Source: Candidatus Hydrothermarchaeum profundi (GTDB lineage Archaea; Hydrothermarchaeota; Hydrothermarchaeia; Hydrothermarchaeales; Hydrothermarchaeaceae). From it: a stretch of 64,000 nucleotides of DNA. Position 1 is the stretch's first letter; every line of letters begins with the position of its first letter. Of this stretch, positions 40,332-48,747 are shown piece after piece. Both the position numbers and the translations under genes were made by a program. Location: assembly GCA_002011125.2 (NCBI GenBank), contig MTMF02000009.1, forward strand, positions 1,256,989 to 1,320,988. Direction: 5' to 3'. Under the pieces are notes generated by a model that was given only the letters and a program-made list of their open reading frames with translations, searched no databases and had not been told where the DNA came from.

Positions 40332-41159
40332 CTACCTAGTTTTCTTTACGAAGAATTCATCTATTCTTCTTTTGAGTTTTTCTTTATCTTTATATGGAAG
40401 ATATTCATTAGTCCATTTAGACTGTAAGTTTGCGTCAGTATTTTCATTCTTCCACTTGCCTAAGAAATTGTATCCATCCTCATTCGGGGAGTACACTACA
40501 CATAGAAAATTTATCGAGCTATATTTCTTATTACTTAAACAAACGTTGAACGCTTTTCTTAAAGACGCTATAGAATTCTTTGCTTTGAGGCGGCTTTTAT
40601 AGCTTGAACTCTCTGCCTTAGCCTTAACTGGCTTATCAGTATAATAAATCAGCATCCATTTTTCCCTACCCCCCCTTTCTAGAAGTTTTTCGCAGTCATC
40701 CTCCAGGCATTTTTCAAGACTTTTCGTTGTGTTTCCAAAACCTTTTCGGGTCTTAAATTCCAAGGCTATTAAAGGATCTAAGAATTTCTTCTTCTCTTCA
40801 CTTTCATGGGATTTCTTGATATCAAATTTATCAACTTCCTTGAACCGACTTGGGTCGAGAATCACCACGTCGATTCTAATATTTTCGCCTACTCCATACT
40901 CTTGGTGCAAGACGATGTTTCTAAAAATTCTATTTCCACTGTTATCGGTATATCCTGTTTCGTATGCTTCAAAGAAATTTTTATCCACTTCAATTAAGTA
41001 ATGGCAAAATATCCAATGGAAATCTTTTTCTGAGAAAAATATCATTGGGTCATCTACAAATTTTAGGGTCAATTTTTTTTTACAGCCAAGCTGCATTTTT
41101 TGATCATTTCTTCTGATATAAAGCCTCTCATTCATATCACAAAGAAAACTTCTTTTCAA
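40332..41159 (-). CDS. PD-(D/E)XK restriction endonuclease-like protein
   Basis: FFSEKDF, LHQEY, RIDVVILDP, IALEFKT, DDCEKL; low GC. Confidence 0.65.
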   Translation of the reverse strand: MKRSFLCDMNERLYIRRNDQKMQLGCKKKLTLKFVDDPMIFFSEKDFHWIFCHYLIEVDKNFFEAYETGYTDNSGNRIFRNIVLHQEYGVGENIRIDVVILDPSRFKEVDKFDIKKSHESEEKKKFLDPLIALEFKTRKGFGNTTKSLEKCLEDDCEKLLERGGREKWMLIYYTDKPVKAKAESSSYKSRLKAKNSIASLRKAFNVCLSNKKYSSINFLCVVYSPNEDGYNFLGKWKNENTDANLQSKWTNEYLPYKDKEKLKRRIDEFFVKKTR

Positions 41160-42492
41160 ATTCTGGTAAGATGACTTTTGAACCTACTCCTTTAAATAAC
41201 TCCGGCTCTTCTGTGTGAACCGGGAACACTTTTTTAGGATTAATCTCGTTTACAACGTCAAAGATCTCCTCCTTGGAGCAGTGCCCGCTCGCATGGGCCT
41301 GATGCCTCTTCATAGCGAAGCGCCTGCACCAGTTAGACTTCACCCTGTCCTCGGGGTCCTCGTCCTCGAAGGGCTCGCTCATAGAGTGTATGAAATGCGC
41401 CCCAGGCTCTGGCTGTATGTCGATGAGCTCGGTAAAATGCGTGAAGTCCAGGTGGAGTATCAGCTCCGGCTGATGCCTGTGGACATACTCGGCGTCCACC
41501 GCCTCTTCAAGGAACTTCTCCTCCCACCTGCTGTACCTGTTCATCATCCTCTTGTAGACGAGCATGTGCTCATCTCTCAAGGGGTCCGGCACCTCTATCC
41601 CCGGGTCGTCCAGCAGGCTGCAGAGGAGGTGGGCCACCTTAGTCGAAACAACAAGCCTCCGGCCAGTCTTCTCTGCGAGCCCGTGATACGTCTTAATCCT
41701 GTCGATGTCCTTCGGGTAGAAGCAGGTGACCACCAGCCTGTCTGTACCTGATATCACGTCGTAGCAGTACTCCCATACCTCTTGCTCTGTGAAGTTCTTC
41801 CTCTTCTCAACCCTGGCTACCCGGGTTCCCTCGCATATCATGGCGATGGGCCGCTCCTCCTTCGCCTTGTCTATGAAGTCCCGGGTCATCCTCGCCATGG
41901 GGCCATGCATCCTGAAGTCGCCAGTGTAGACGACGGGGCCCTCGGAGGCGTATATGACGAAGCCATAGGCCGAGGGCGTAGAGTGGTCGACGTGTATAGG
42001 GTATACCTCTATGTCGTCGATCTTGATGCAGTCCCCCGTCTTAAAGGTCTTGTAGTCATGTGGCCCGAAGTTGACTGACGTGCTCGTGGTCTCCCAGGAC
42101 TCGATTATCCTCTTCGCCGTCGCCCCAAGGTAGACGGGTATGTCCTCGTCAACGTATGAGATATGAGAGACGTGGTCTCCATGGGGGTGAGACAGGAATA
42201 CTCCCTGGAACTCTGGCTCGGAATAATTAAGATTTGTGGGCTCCAGCATCCTCCTAGAGTAGAGCCCCCTTATCTCTGGCATTAGGCCGAGGGCGAACAG
42301 GTCTCTTAACCCGAACCTAGAAGTCCTCGGGGTCAGCCAGCCCGTGAAGTACTCGCCTCCGAAGCCGAAGGCTTCGCCGTGGTCGAGGAATATCTTGGTG
42401 TCACCGTCCTCTAGGAGGAACTTGTTACCCCCTATCTCGCCCACCCCGCCATAGAAGGTGAGTGACACCATACAAGAACAGGTAGAGTTCAT
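41137..42492 (-). CDS. Metallo-beta-lactamase/beta-CASP hydrolase, RNase J-like
   Basis: FYGGVGEIGGNK, SHPHGDH, VDHS, YTGDFR, HASGH, FPVHTE; likely start ATG 42471; much more GC-rich than host genes. Confidence 0.85.
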   Translation of the reverse strand: MNSTCSCMVSLTFYGGVGEIGGNKFLLEDGDTKIFLDHGEAFGFGGEYFTGWLTPRTSRFGLRDLFALGLMPEIRGLYSRRMLEPTNLNYSEPEFQGVFLSHPHGDHVSHISYVDEDIPVYLGATAKRIIESWETTSTSVNFGPHDYKTFKTGDCIKIDDIEVYPIHVDHSTPSAYGFVIYASEGPVVYTGDFRMHGPMARMTRDFIDKAKEERPIAMICEGTRVARVEKRKNFTEQEVWEYCYDVISGTDRLVVTCFYPKDIDRIKTYHGLAEKTGRRLVVSTKVAHLLCSLLDDPGIEVPDPLRDEHMLVYKRMMNRYSRWEEKFLEEAVDAEYVHRHQPELILHLDFTHFTELIDIQPEPGAHFIHSMSEPFEDEDPEDRVKSNWCRRFAMKRHQAHASGHCSKEEIFDVVNEINPKKVFPVHTEEPELFKGVGSKVILPEFEKKFSL

Positions 42493-42701
42493 AGTATTTT
42501 ATTTTTATGAGGATATGGCGCAGACTAAGAAATAAAGCTTGACTTTTACTTTGCTCTTGGCAAAAAGATAAATACCCGTAGGCTCTAGGATCCTTTATAG
42601 GAGTACCTTAGCTAACCTTCCCGTAGAACATGGGTGTCAGGTCCCTCGCTGTTAAGGGGGAATTGTAAGAGGAAGGCATATCGGAGGAGGCGTCTAAAAA
42701 A

Positions 42702-43166
42702 ATGATGAGGTACTGGCAGGTTTCCGCTGGAGACGGGGGAAGAGACTATACAGACGTATTCTTAAAATACGGGGTAATGCTTCTTGCTCCAGGCGACTCG
42801 GGGGAATACTTCCAGAATCGAGAGCATTATTATAGTGATGTAAGGGCGCTTGCGGAGGAGGTTAAAGAGGGCGATATCGTTGTATTAAAGAGGCGTCATG
42901 GGAGGCTGTGGAAAGCGGTGGCTATAGGCACTGTTATAGGGGAATACGACTACCTACCTGTCTTCGAGGATGTTGACGGATGGGATATGCAGCACTGTAG
43001 ACATGTTGAATGGAGAAGGCCCAGACACCCGGTTACGGTTAGTGGCTTAGCAAGAGGCGCGTTTAAAGAGATTAAAAGACCGGACGTGATAGAGAAGGTT
43101 GACAGGCTGATGAGATCAGAGGCCCTAGAGACTCTTATGCGAGAGCCTATACCTGAGAGACTTTAG
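42702..43166 (+). CDS. EVE/PUA-like domain typical of restriction enzyme N-termini, possibly truncated
   Basis: YWQVSAG...VKEGDIVVL...AIGTVIGEYDY...HCRHVEW; no nuclease domain follows; ends TAG TAG. Confidence 0.6.
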   Translation: MMRYWQVSAGDGGRDYTDVFLKYGVMLLAPGDSGEYFQNREHYYSDVRALAEEVKEGDIVVLKRRHGRLWKAVAIGTVIGEYDYLPVFEDVDGWDMQHCRHVEWRRPRHPVTVSGLARGAFKEIKRPDVIEKVDRLMRSEALETLMREPIPERL

Positions 43167-43365
43167 TAGCATGAGTTTGAAGGATCTTTTTTAGAGAATA
43201 CTATTTCCTCCAACTCCTTCTTAACACTCTTAATTCTTACATAAAATCGAATATTTTAAACTGCTAAGAGTTTTTTCCTAATGATTAAACAATGTCATAG
43301 CAAAATTTTTTATTTTTGAGAAAGTTTATTAAAAAATACTTAAATTACTATTATTAGTACTCTGA

Positions 43366-43384
43366 CCGAAAAGTTTATATATAT
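43366..43384 (+). promoter_or_regulatory. Archaeal BRE-TATA promoter of the AbrB/ATPase/Ubl operon
   Basis: CCGAAAAGTTTATATA; similar GAGAAAGTTTATTAAA at 43318-43333. Confidence 0.6.
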
Positions 43385-43438
43385 CAATTGCTCATACAAT
43401 TTTATAAAGATGCTTTATCAAAAAGAGGTGATAAAAAA

Positions 43439-43915
43439 ATGAAACTGAATCCTATTACTTCTAGAGTTAGGAGATGGGGGAACATGTTAGTGCTACCTAT
43501 CCCAGAGCCTGTGGCAGAGCTTTTAGGAATTGAGGAGGGGGATCAAGTCAAGTTTTTCCCCGAAAAAGTAGAGCCACAGAAAAGTCTGCCGCCTTTAGAG
43601 GTCAGAGATAAAACAGGAGAAGAAATAAAGATAGAATTAACGGAGGCTGCTATCAAATGGCCTCATCTCCCTCTGAAAAAGGACATTAGGAGCTTATTCC
43701 CTGATGACAGCGTGGACTTTTTTTTGGAGTTTGAGGGCGTGGTAGAGAGAGTGCACGTTGCCGCTAATAAGATAGCGATAGGTAAATTCAAAAACCTGCT
43801 TAAGAGCCACAATTTTCGGCCTAAGAGTAAAGTGATTATAAGAGTGGTTAAACCATGGGAGGAATACAAGCTGGTCTTCCCAGAAAAAATAGTATCGCAA
43901 GGGGAGAATGAATGA
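43439..43915 (+). CDS. AbrB/MazE-type DNA-binding domain fused to B3/EcoRII-N-like beta domain
   Basis: SRVRRWGNMLVLPIPEPVAELLGIEEGDQV; C-terminal IELTEAAIKW..L..DIRSLFP...KVIIRVVKPWEEYKL; GAGGTGA RBS before ATG 43439. Confidence 0.75.
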   Translation: MKLNPITSRVRRWGNMLVLPIPEPVAELLGIEEGDQVKFFPEKVEPQKSLPPLEVRDKTGEEIKIELTEAAIKWPHLPLKKDIRSLFPDDSVDFFLEFEGVVERVHVAANKIAIGKFKNLLKSHNFRPKSKVIIRVVKPWEEYKLVFPEKIVSQGENE

Positions 43916-45453
43916 TCGATATAATCCCTAGGCTTAAGACCTTGTGGCTTAACCGTGTTGGCTGCATTGAGGAAGCCTCTATAAGGTTCAATAGCCGTGT
44001 GAATGTTATATGTGGCCCAGACGCTTCCGGGAAGACAACATTTGTTAGGTCGATCCTATCTGTTCTCGGCGAGGATAGAGGCTCGCTGAGCGCATCACGT
44101 GGGAGAGGTAGGAAGGGGTGTATAAGGCTGGAGGCAGATTCGTTTTCAGTGGAAGGAGTCTTCACTGAGGCGGGTTTACTTGTAGGCTGGGAGAAAGGGA
44201 GAAGGGATGCCGTGGGTGGAGCATTGTTGATAGATGACGCTGATCTCATGTTCAAGGATCCACGGGCGGTATGGGAGCTGGGTGAGGCGCTTGGCATGCA
44301 GGTCATCATGACGGCTGGCGATCAGAGGTTCGCAGGGATACCCGGGGCGAGGGTGTTCAGATTAGAGAGGAGCCCTGAGACGGGGCTTAGCAGGGTGAAC
44401 CATCCATCGAATAATGCGGTAGGGAGAATGTGCTACCGCTATGTTCCCCTTACGGTGGATAGGCGCGTCAATGAGGCCCGTATACATAGGTTTGCTGAAA
44501 AATGGGCTGCCGGGGATACGGTGTTCTCTAGGCGTTTCATAATCTTTAAGCGCCATGGCCTGGAGTATCGCTTCGGGGTGGAGGAGGCATGTCTGGCTGA
44601 TTACTTGGACATGGGGCGCCGCCATAGGGGTGACTTGGGGCTGCATTTCTTCAGGTGCCTCTGCATCCATCTCCCAGCAGGCGTCTATAGGCTTTGGCTT
44701 GGGCTGTTTAAATGCAACCTAGAGATCAAGGACGAGGACCACGGGAGGACATGGATACTAGGTGGAGTGGACTTAAGGGGCCTTGAGGTATGGTATGTCC
44801 TTAGAGAGAGTTATAGATTCGAGGATGGTGAGCGCTTCATCGAGTTCGTTAAGGAGGTCAGGAAGAAGCCTGAGGTGGCTCGAAGGGCCCGGGAGATACT
44901 TAAGGCAATGGATAGAGGGATAGGCCTGCCCTTGGGTAGGCGTGTGCGGCTTCAAGTCAGAGCAATGCTTGAGGGGGGCATCTGGCGTCTTGTGCCCTAT
45001 AATTTCGAGGGCGATGCGGTAACGCTGGAGGGCGGCCTAGGGGATCTTCTCATGTTGATTGACACGGCGCAAAGAGGCAGGGAAGCTTTTTCAATGCTTA
45101 GAAGACTTGTTCCCGGTGTGGTTCTGGAGGAGTGGACGCATAGGTGTCTGGAGGTTGAGGAGGAGGCTTGGAAGCTGGTGGAGGAGCTTCAGCTGGCCTA
45201 CAGCAGTAGGATAAGTCGGTATGCAGACATGGGCAGGCGTGGCTTCTTGGTCGAAGGCGAGAGTGGGAGGACGTATTTCGTGGACGAGGACTCCCTCGGG
45301 GTCTATGTCTACCCCGGGTTCCGTGAGGTCTGCGTCCAAGACGTGGAGGAGCAGGTGATGCCCTGGGGAGATAGGATCGCCTCTAGGATCCTTCTCTTGA
45401 TGAATGACTTGAAGCTGGGATCGAGTGTGCATACGCTCTTTGAAAGGAGGTGA
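43912..45453 (+). CDS. Minimal RecF/SMC-type ABC ATPase domain fused to large unknown domain
   Basis: FNSRVNVICGPDASGKTT Walker A, LLIDD Walker B, QVIMTA; C-terminal GFLVEGESGRTYFV...EVCVQD...GDRIASRILLLMND; ATGA overlap with upstream gene. Confidence 0.7.
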   Translation: MIDIIPRLKTLWLNRVGCIEEASIRFNSRVNVICGPDASGKTTFVRSILSVLGEDRGSLSASRGRGRKGCIRLEADSFSVEGVFTEAGLLVGWEKGRRDAVGGALLIDDADLMFKDPRAVWELGEALGMQVIMTAGDQRFAGIPGARVFRLERSPETGLSRVNHPSNNAVGRMCYRYVPLTVDRRVNEARIHRFAEKWAAGDTVFSRRFIIFKRHGLEYRFGVEEACLADYLDMGRRHRGDLGLHFFRCLCIHLPAGVYRLWLGLFKCNLEIKDEDHGRTWILGGVDLRGLEVWYVLRESYRFEDGERFIEFVKEVRKKPEVARRAREILKAMDRGIGLPLGRRVRLQVRAMLEGGIWRLVPYNFEGDAVTLEGGLGDLLMLIDTAQRGREAFSMLRRLVPGVVLEEWTHRCLEVEEEAWKLVEELQLAYSSRISRYADMGRRGFLVEGESGRTYFVDEDSLGVYVYPGFREVCVQDVEEQVMPWGDRIASRILLLMNDLKLGSSVHTLFERR

Positions 45454-45459
45454 ATGAGG

Positions 45460-45660
45460 ATGGTGAAGGTTAAGATATTGGATGGCAGGGGGCATGCCCT
45501 GCTTGAGCTGGGCCCTGAGGAGGCCCTGCATGAGCTTAAGGCCCGGGAGGGCAGATGGGTCTTTGTGGACGGTGAATACACGCCATGCAGGGAGCTCTCT
45601 GTAGAGCGCCTTAGAGGCGCCCTTGAGGTGGTGGTCACCTATCCGCTTCAGGGAGGATAA
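45460..45660 (+). CDS. Small ubiquitin-like (beta-grasp candidate) protein with C-terminal Gly-Gly
   Basis: GGAGGTGA RBS then MVKVKILDGRGHALLEL...WVFVDGE...EVVVTYPLQGG-TAA (66 aa). Confidence 0.75.
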   Translation: MVKVKILDGRGHALLELGPEEALHELKAREGRWVFVDGEYTPCRELSVERLRGALEVVVTYPLQGG

Positions 45661-45714
45661 AAAATATCAACTGGAGGAGAACGAGCCGCTGGACTCCCTT
45701 GATGAAAATTAGCG

Positions 45715-45741
45715 AGCGGGGGATGCTCCACTGCCCCCGCT
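45715..45741 (+). terminator. GC-rich hairpin downstream of Ubl gene
   Basis: AGCGGGGG / CCCCCGCT 8-bp stem, 11-nt loop, pyrimidine-rich tail. Confidence 0.45.
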
Positions 45742-45850
45742 TCTCCTTAGGTCCATACAACTACTTATTTGGACTTTTAAGTGTTCTACATCCCTTTCAG
45801 CTAAAAAATAAGAAACGTTATGTGAGGTTCTTGAATTCTTGGTATAGGAG

Positions 45851-46573
45851 GTGAAGGATATGGAAATAGAACATAGTTTGGACGACAATACCCAAATAAA
45901 ATATGGGTTACTTACATGGAAAAAACAGGAAGACGACAAATATAGACAAGTCCTACCTGACGGCGAATTTACAATAGACTTTCTCGGCAAGAAGATCCCA
46001 AGCCGCAGGGTAGATTGGGAGAGGCACAGATTGTCAATCGGTCCAAAGAATATGGAAGGGTTAAAGCCGGAGGATAAACTTCTTATTTCCAGAACGCCTG
46101 ATGGCACTGTGATTATAAAGAAAAAAAAGGAAAAATCATTACCTAAAAAAGTTCTTTTTGTTACCTATTGTAGCAGAAAAAAGAGGACTTATCCTGAGAG
46201 ATATGCTCCCGCGATAAATAGATACGACTCCCTGAGGATTGAAAGAGTCTATGAGGAAAGCCTTAAGAGAGGGAAGGATTTCGCAATTTTATCTGGCAAG
46301 TACGGTTTGATTAGAGCGCACACTATGATTCGTTGGTATGATAAGAAACTAGAAGATAAGGATATAAATCGGGTTTCAGAATTGGTTAAGGATTTCTTAA
46401 GGAGAGAAAGAATAGAAAAGGTTGTTTATTACACCGAGCCACTAAACGAGGATGAAAACCTAAGGCATTATTATAAGTGCATTAGGAAGGCGTGTAAAGA
46501 ACTTGACATATCATTCCAAGAAGTAGAGATACCTAGATTACCTGTAGAACCGGAGAATCAAGGAACTTTGTAA
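45851..46573 (+). CDS. B3-like beta domain fused to DUF6884 (YaaA-like) domain
   Basis: N-terminal IKYGLLTW...LPDGEFTIDF...LKPEDKLLIS; C-terminal VTYCSRKK...PAINRY...FAILSGKYGLI...WYDKKL. Confidence 0.7.
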   Translation: MKDMEIEHSLDDNTQIKYGLLTWKKQEDDKYRQVLPDGEFTIDFLGKKIPSRRVDWERHRLSIGPKNMEGLKPEDKLLISRTPDGTVIIKKKKEKSLPKKVLFVTYCSRKKRTYPERYAPAINRYDSLRIERVYEESLKRGKDFAILSGKYGLIRAHTMIRWYDKKLEDKDINRVSELVKDFLRRERIEKVVYYTEPLNEDENLRHYYKCIRKACKELDISFQEVEIPRLPVEPENQGTL

Positions 46574-46673
46574 CATGATCCAAATCCGTGGATAAATGAT
46601 TAAAAAACCTAACGCTTATTGATATCTTGCGACGAAATTACCTGAAAGATAAACGCAGACCTTCTCCTATATA

Positions 46674-47441
46674 TTATTTTCCCGCCTTCTTTGCTAGCTC
46701 ACGGAGAAGCCTGCAGGTGAATCCATAGGACAAGTGATTGTTCTTCCACTTCGGGTTATTCGGCGATGGGATCTTACACCAGACAAAGCTATCAGGGTCC
46801 TCCTTACGTGGATGCTCCTCAATCCAACGCTGCAAAGCCAGGCTAGAGGCTACCAGCCTTACACGCCTGTCACCCGTCTTACCGCTGACCCTCAGCACGG
46901 CCCCATACCTGTCAAAGACTACATGCCTAAGCCTAAGTGGAAGAAACTCCCCGATCCGACAACCAGACTCATAGAGAGCCAGCACCAGGGCCCTATCACG
47001 AGTAGTATAGGCAGCCTTTGATAGCTTTTTTACCTCCTCCTCAGTAAGGATCTCTTGCGGAAATCGGCCGTTCTTAACGCTCTTTACCTTAAGCCAGCTG
47101 ATGGCCTCTCTCTTCCCTATGAAACGCATGTACTTCCTCAGGACAACCTTGTAGTCATGCTTGGTCCAGTTGCTATAGTTGGACTTCTCTATCTCAGCCA
47201 CTAGAGCCTTAATGTCTTTTTCTTCCGCGTTCAGGAAAGGCTTGCCAATCATTCTGTTAAGCACCTGCAAGGTTGCTAGGTATTTAACCACCCTTCCAGC
47301 GCTAATTCCATTAGCTACAGCGTCCTGATAGAACCTTCTTAGATCCTCTAGGTCTTCATCGAAGAACCTCCCCCCTTCGGATAGGTATTTCTCTGCGCTC
47401 CTCTCTAAAGTCTTTTTCAAGTTATGTATGTCCTCGGCCAT
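46674..47441 (-). pseudogene. Tyrosine recombinase/integrase, C-terminally truncated
   Basis: RDRALVLALYESGCRIGE, VSGKTGDRRV; stops at LAKKAGK before the HxxR motif and catalytic Tyr; no continuation found in other frames. Confidence 0.85.
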
Positions 47442-47500
47442 ATCTCAAACCTCCAAATTCAATGCTAATAAATGCTAAGGCTCAAGACGTGGCCAAGGAT

Positions 47501-47574
47501 AGCCCCCGGCGGGATTTGAACCCGCGACCTGCGGTTTACGAGACCGCCGCTCTGGCCAGCTGAGCTACGGAGGC
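47501..47574 (-). tRNA. tRNA-Thr(CGT), intronless, CCA not encoded
   Basis: GCCTCCG/CGGGGGC acceptor stem, anticodon arm GCGGT-CTCGTAA-ACCGC, GGTTCAAATCCC T-loop. Confidence 0.95.
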
Positions 47575-47618
47575 ATTTCTTTTATTTATAGGAAGTGATT
47601 TCAATAAAAAAATTAGGG

Positions 47619-48032
47619 TTATATGATTTCTATCCTCATCTCGAGCTTCTGATTATCCTTCTTTAAAAGCTCTACTAATCTCCTATCTAACTCCGCTGAG
47701 CTCTTGTTTGCTTTTATCATGAGGGTCCTAGGGCAGATAAATTTACTTTTCCTAACTACGATATCAGTCTCATGGGAAAATGTAAGTTCTGGATGCCCTC
47801 TTCCATAAATGGTCTCTTGAAGACCACCTACATTCAATATAACTTTAATAACGCTGTTTTTATCCCTTGCCCTCTTCTTGAATTCCTCGCTGAGGTCTTT
47901 TAAGCCTTTATTTGCTTTTACTCCTATTATACAGTCAGCTCTCTTAGAGATCTCGCTGTCTTTTGTTATCTCAAAGGTTGTCTTATGTTTAGAGGTGATA
48001 TTTGGGTGTCCTCTTGCTATGATTGTTTCCAT
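47619..48032 (-). CDS. DUF371 family protein
   Basis: ARGHPNITSKHKTTFEITKD, ADCIIGV, DIVVRKS...RTLMIKANK. Confidence 0.9.
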   Translation of the reverse strand: METIIARGHPNITSKHKTTFEITKDSEISKRADCIIGVKANKGLKDLSEEFKKRARDKNSVIKVILNVGGLQETIYGRGHPELTFSHETDIVVRKSKFICPRTLMIKANKSSAELDRRLVELLKKDNQKLEMRIEII

Positions 48033-48058
48033 AAATTAAAGGTTTAAATCTAACGATA

Positions 48059-48715
48059 TTGAAATATATACGCATGTATGAGAAAGAAAGGGGGGAGATG
48101 GTTGATCGACTTATAGCCTTCGGATACCTCAAGGACCCCCGGGTTGCTGAGGCAATGAAAAAAGTTCCCAGACATTTATTTGTCCCCGAGGATGTTAGGC
48201 GGTACTCCTATGATGATGCGCCATTACCAATAGGCGAGGGACAGACTATCTCTGCGCCCCACATGGTAGCGATGATGTGCGATCATCTCGAGCTTGAAGA
48301 AAACCATAAGGTTCTGGAGGTAGGAGGAGGATCTGGTTATCATGCATGTGTTATAGCACATATTGTCAAGAAGGGGATAGTTATTTCGATTGAGAGAATG
48401 GAAAAGCTCGCAGAAAAAGCCCGGGAAAATCTTTTGAAGGCAGGATGTAGCCGGGTTAAGATTATAGTTGGAGATGGAACTGAAGGCTATCCGCCAGAAG
48501 CGCCCTACGATAGAATATTTGTAACAGCAGGAGCTCCGAGGGTACCAGAGCCGTTGATTGAACAGCTTAAAGAAGGTGGCAGGCTTTTAATACCTGTTGG
48601 TTCGAGATATACTCAGGAGTTGTTAAAGATCGATAAGTTGCCGAGTGGGCGTTTGGTTAAAAAGAGGGTTGGGGGATGTGCCTTTGTTCCTCTTATCGGG
48701 AGATATGGATGGTAA
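48059..48715 (+). CDS. pcm: Protein-L-isoaspartate O-methyltransferase (cytoplasmic)
   Basis: [52 protein letters not shown]. Confidence 0.95.
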   Translation: MKYIRMYEKERGEMVDRLIAFGYLKDPRVAEAMKKVPRHLFVPEDVRRYSYDDAPLPIGEGQTISAPHMVAMMCDHLELEENHKVLEVGGGSGYHACVIAHIVKKGIVISIERMEKLAEKARENLLKAGCSRVKIIVGDGTEGYPPEAPYDRIFVTAGAPRVPEPLIEQLKEGGRLLIPVGSRYTQELLKIDKLPSGRLVKKRVGGCAFVPLIGRYGW

Positions 48716-48747
48716 AGTATAAGTATCTAGCGACCATCCCTTCTCAT

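Larger units (their letters stand above)
35690..47511. mobile_element. Degenerate ~11.8-kb genomic (defence) island integrated at the 3' end of tRNA-Thr
   Basis: Integrase adjacent to tRNA 3' end, candidate att direct repeat, abrupt GC shifts, nuclease-rich cargo, pseudogenes. Confidence 0.75.

Noticed and set aside
43164-43260. Pyl readthrough of TAG-TAG extending the EVE-like gene into a nuclease
   Set aside because: The extension is about 24 codons with no nuclease motif before TAA
46574-46690. Frameshifted continuation of the integrase
   Set aside because: No HxxRH or catalytic Tyr motif found in the alternative frames downstream
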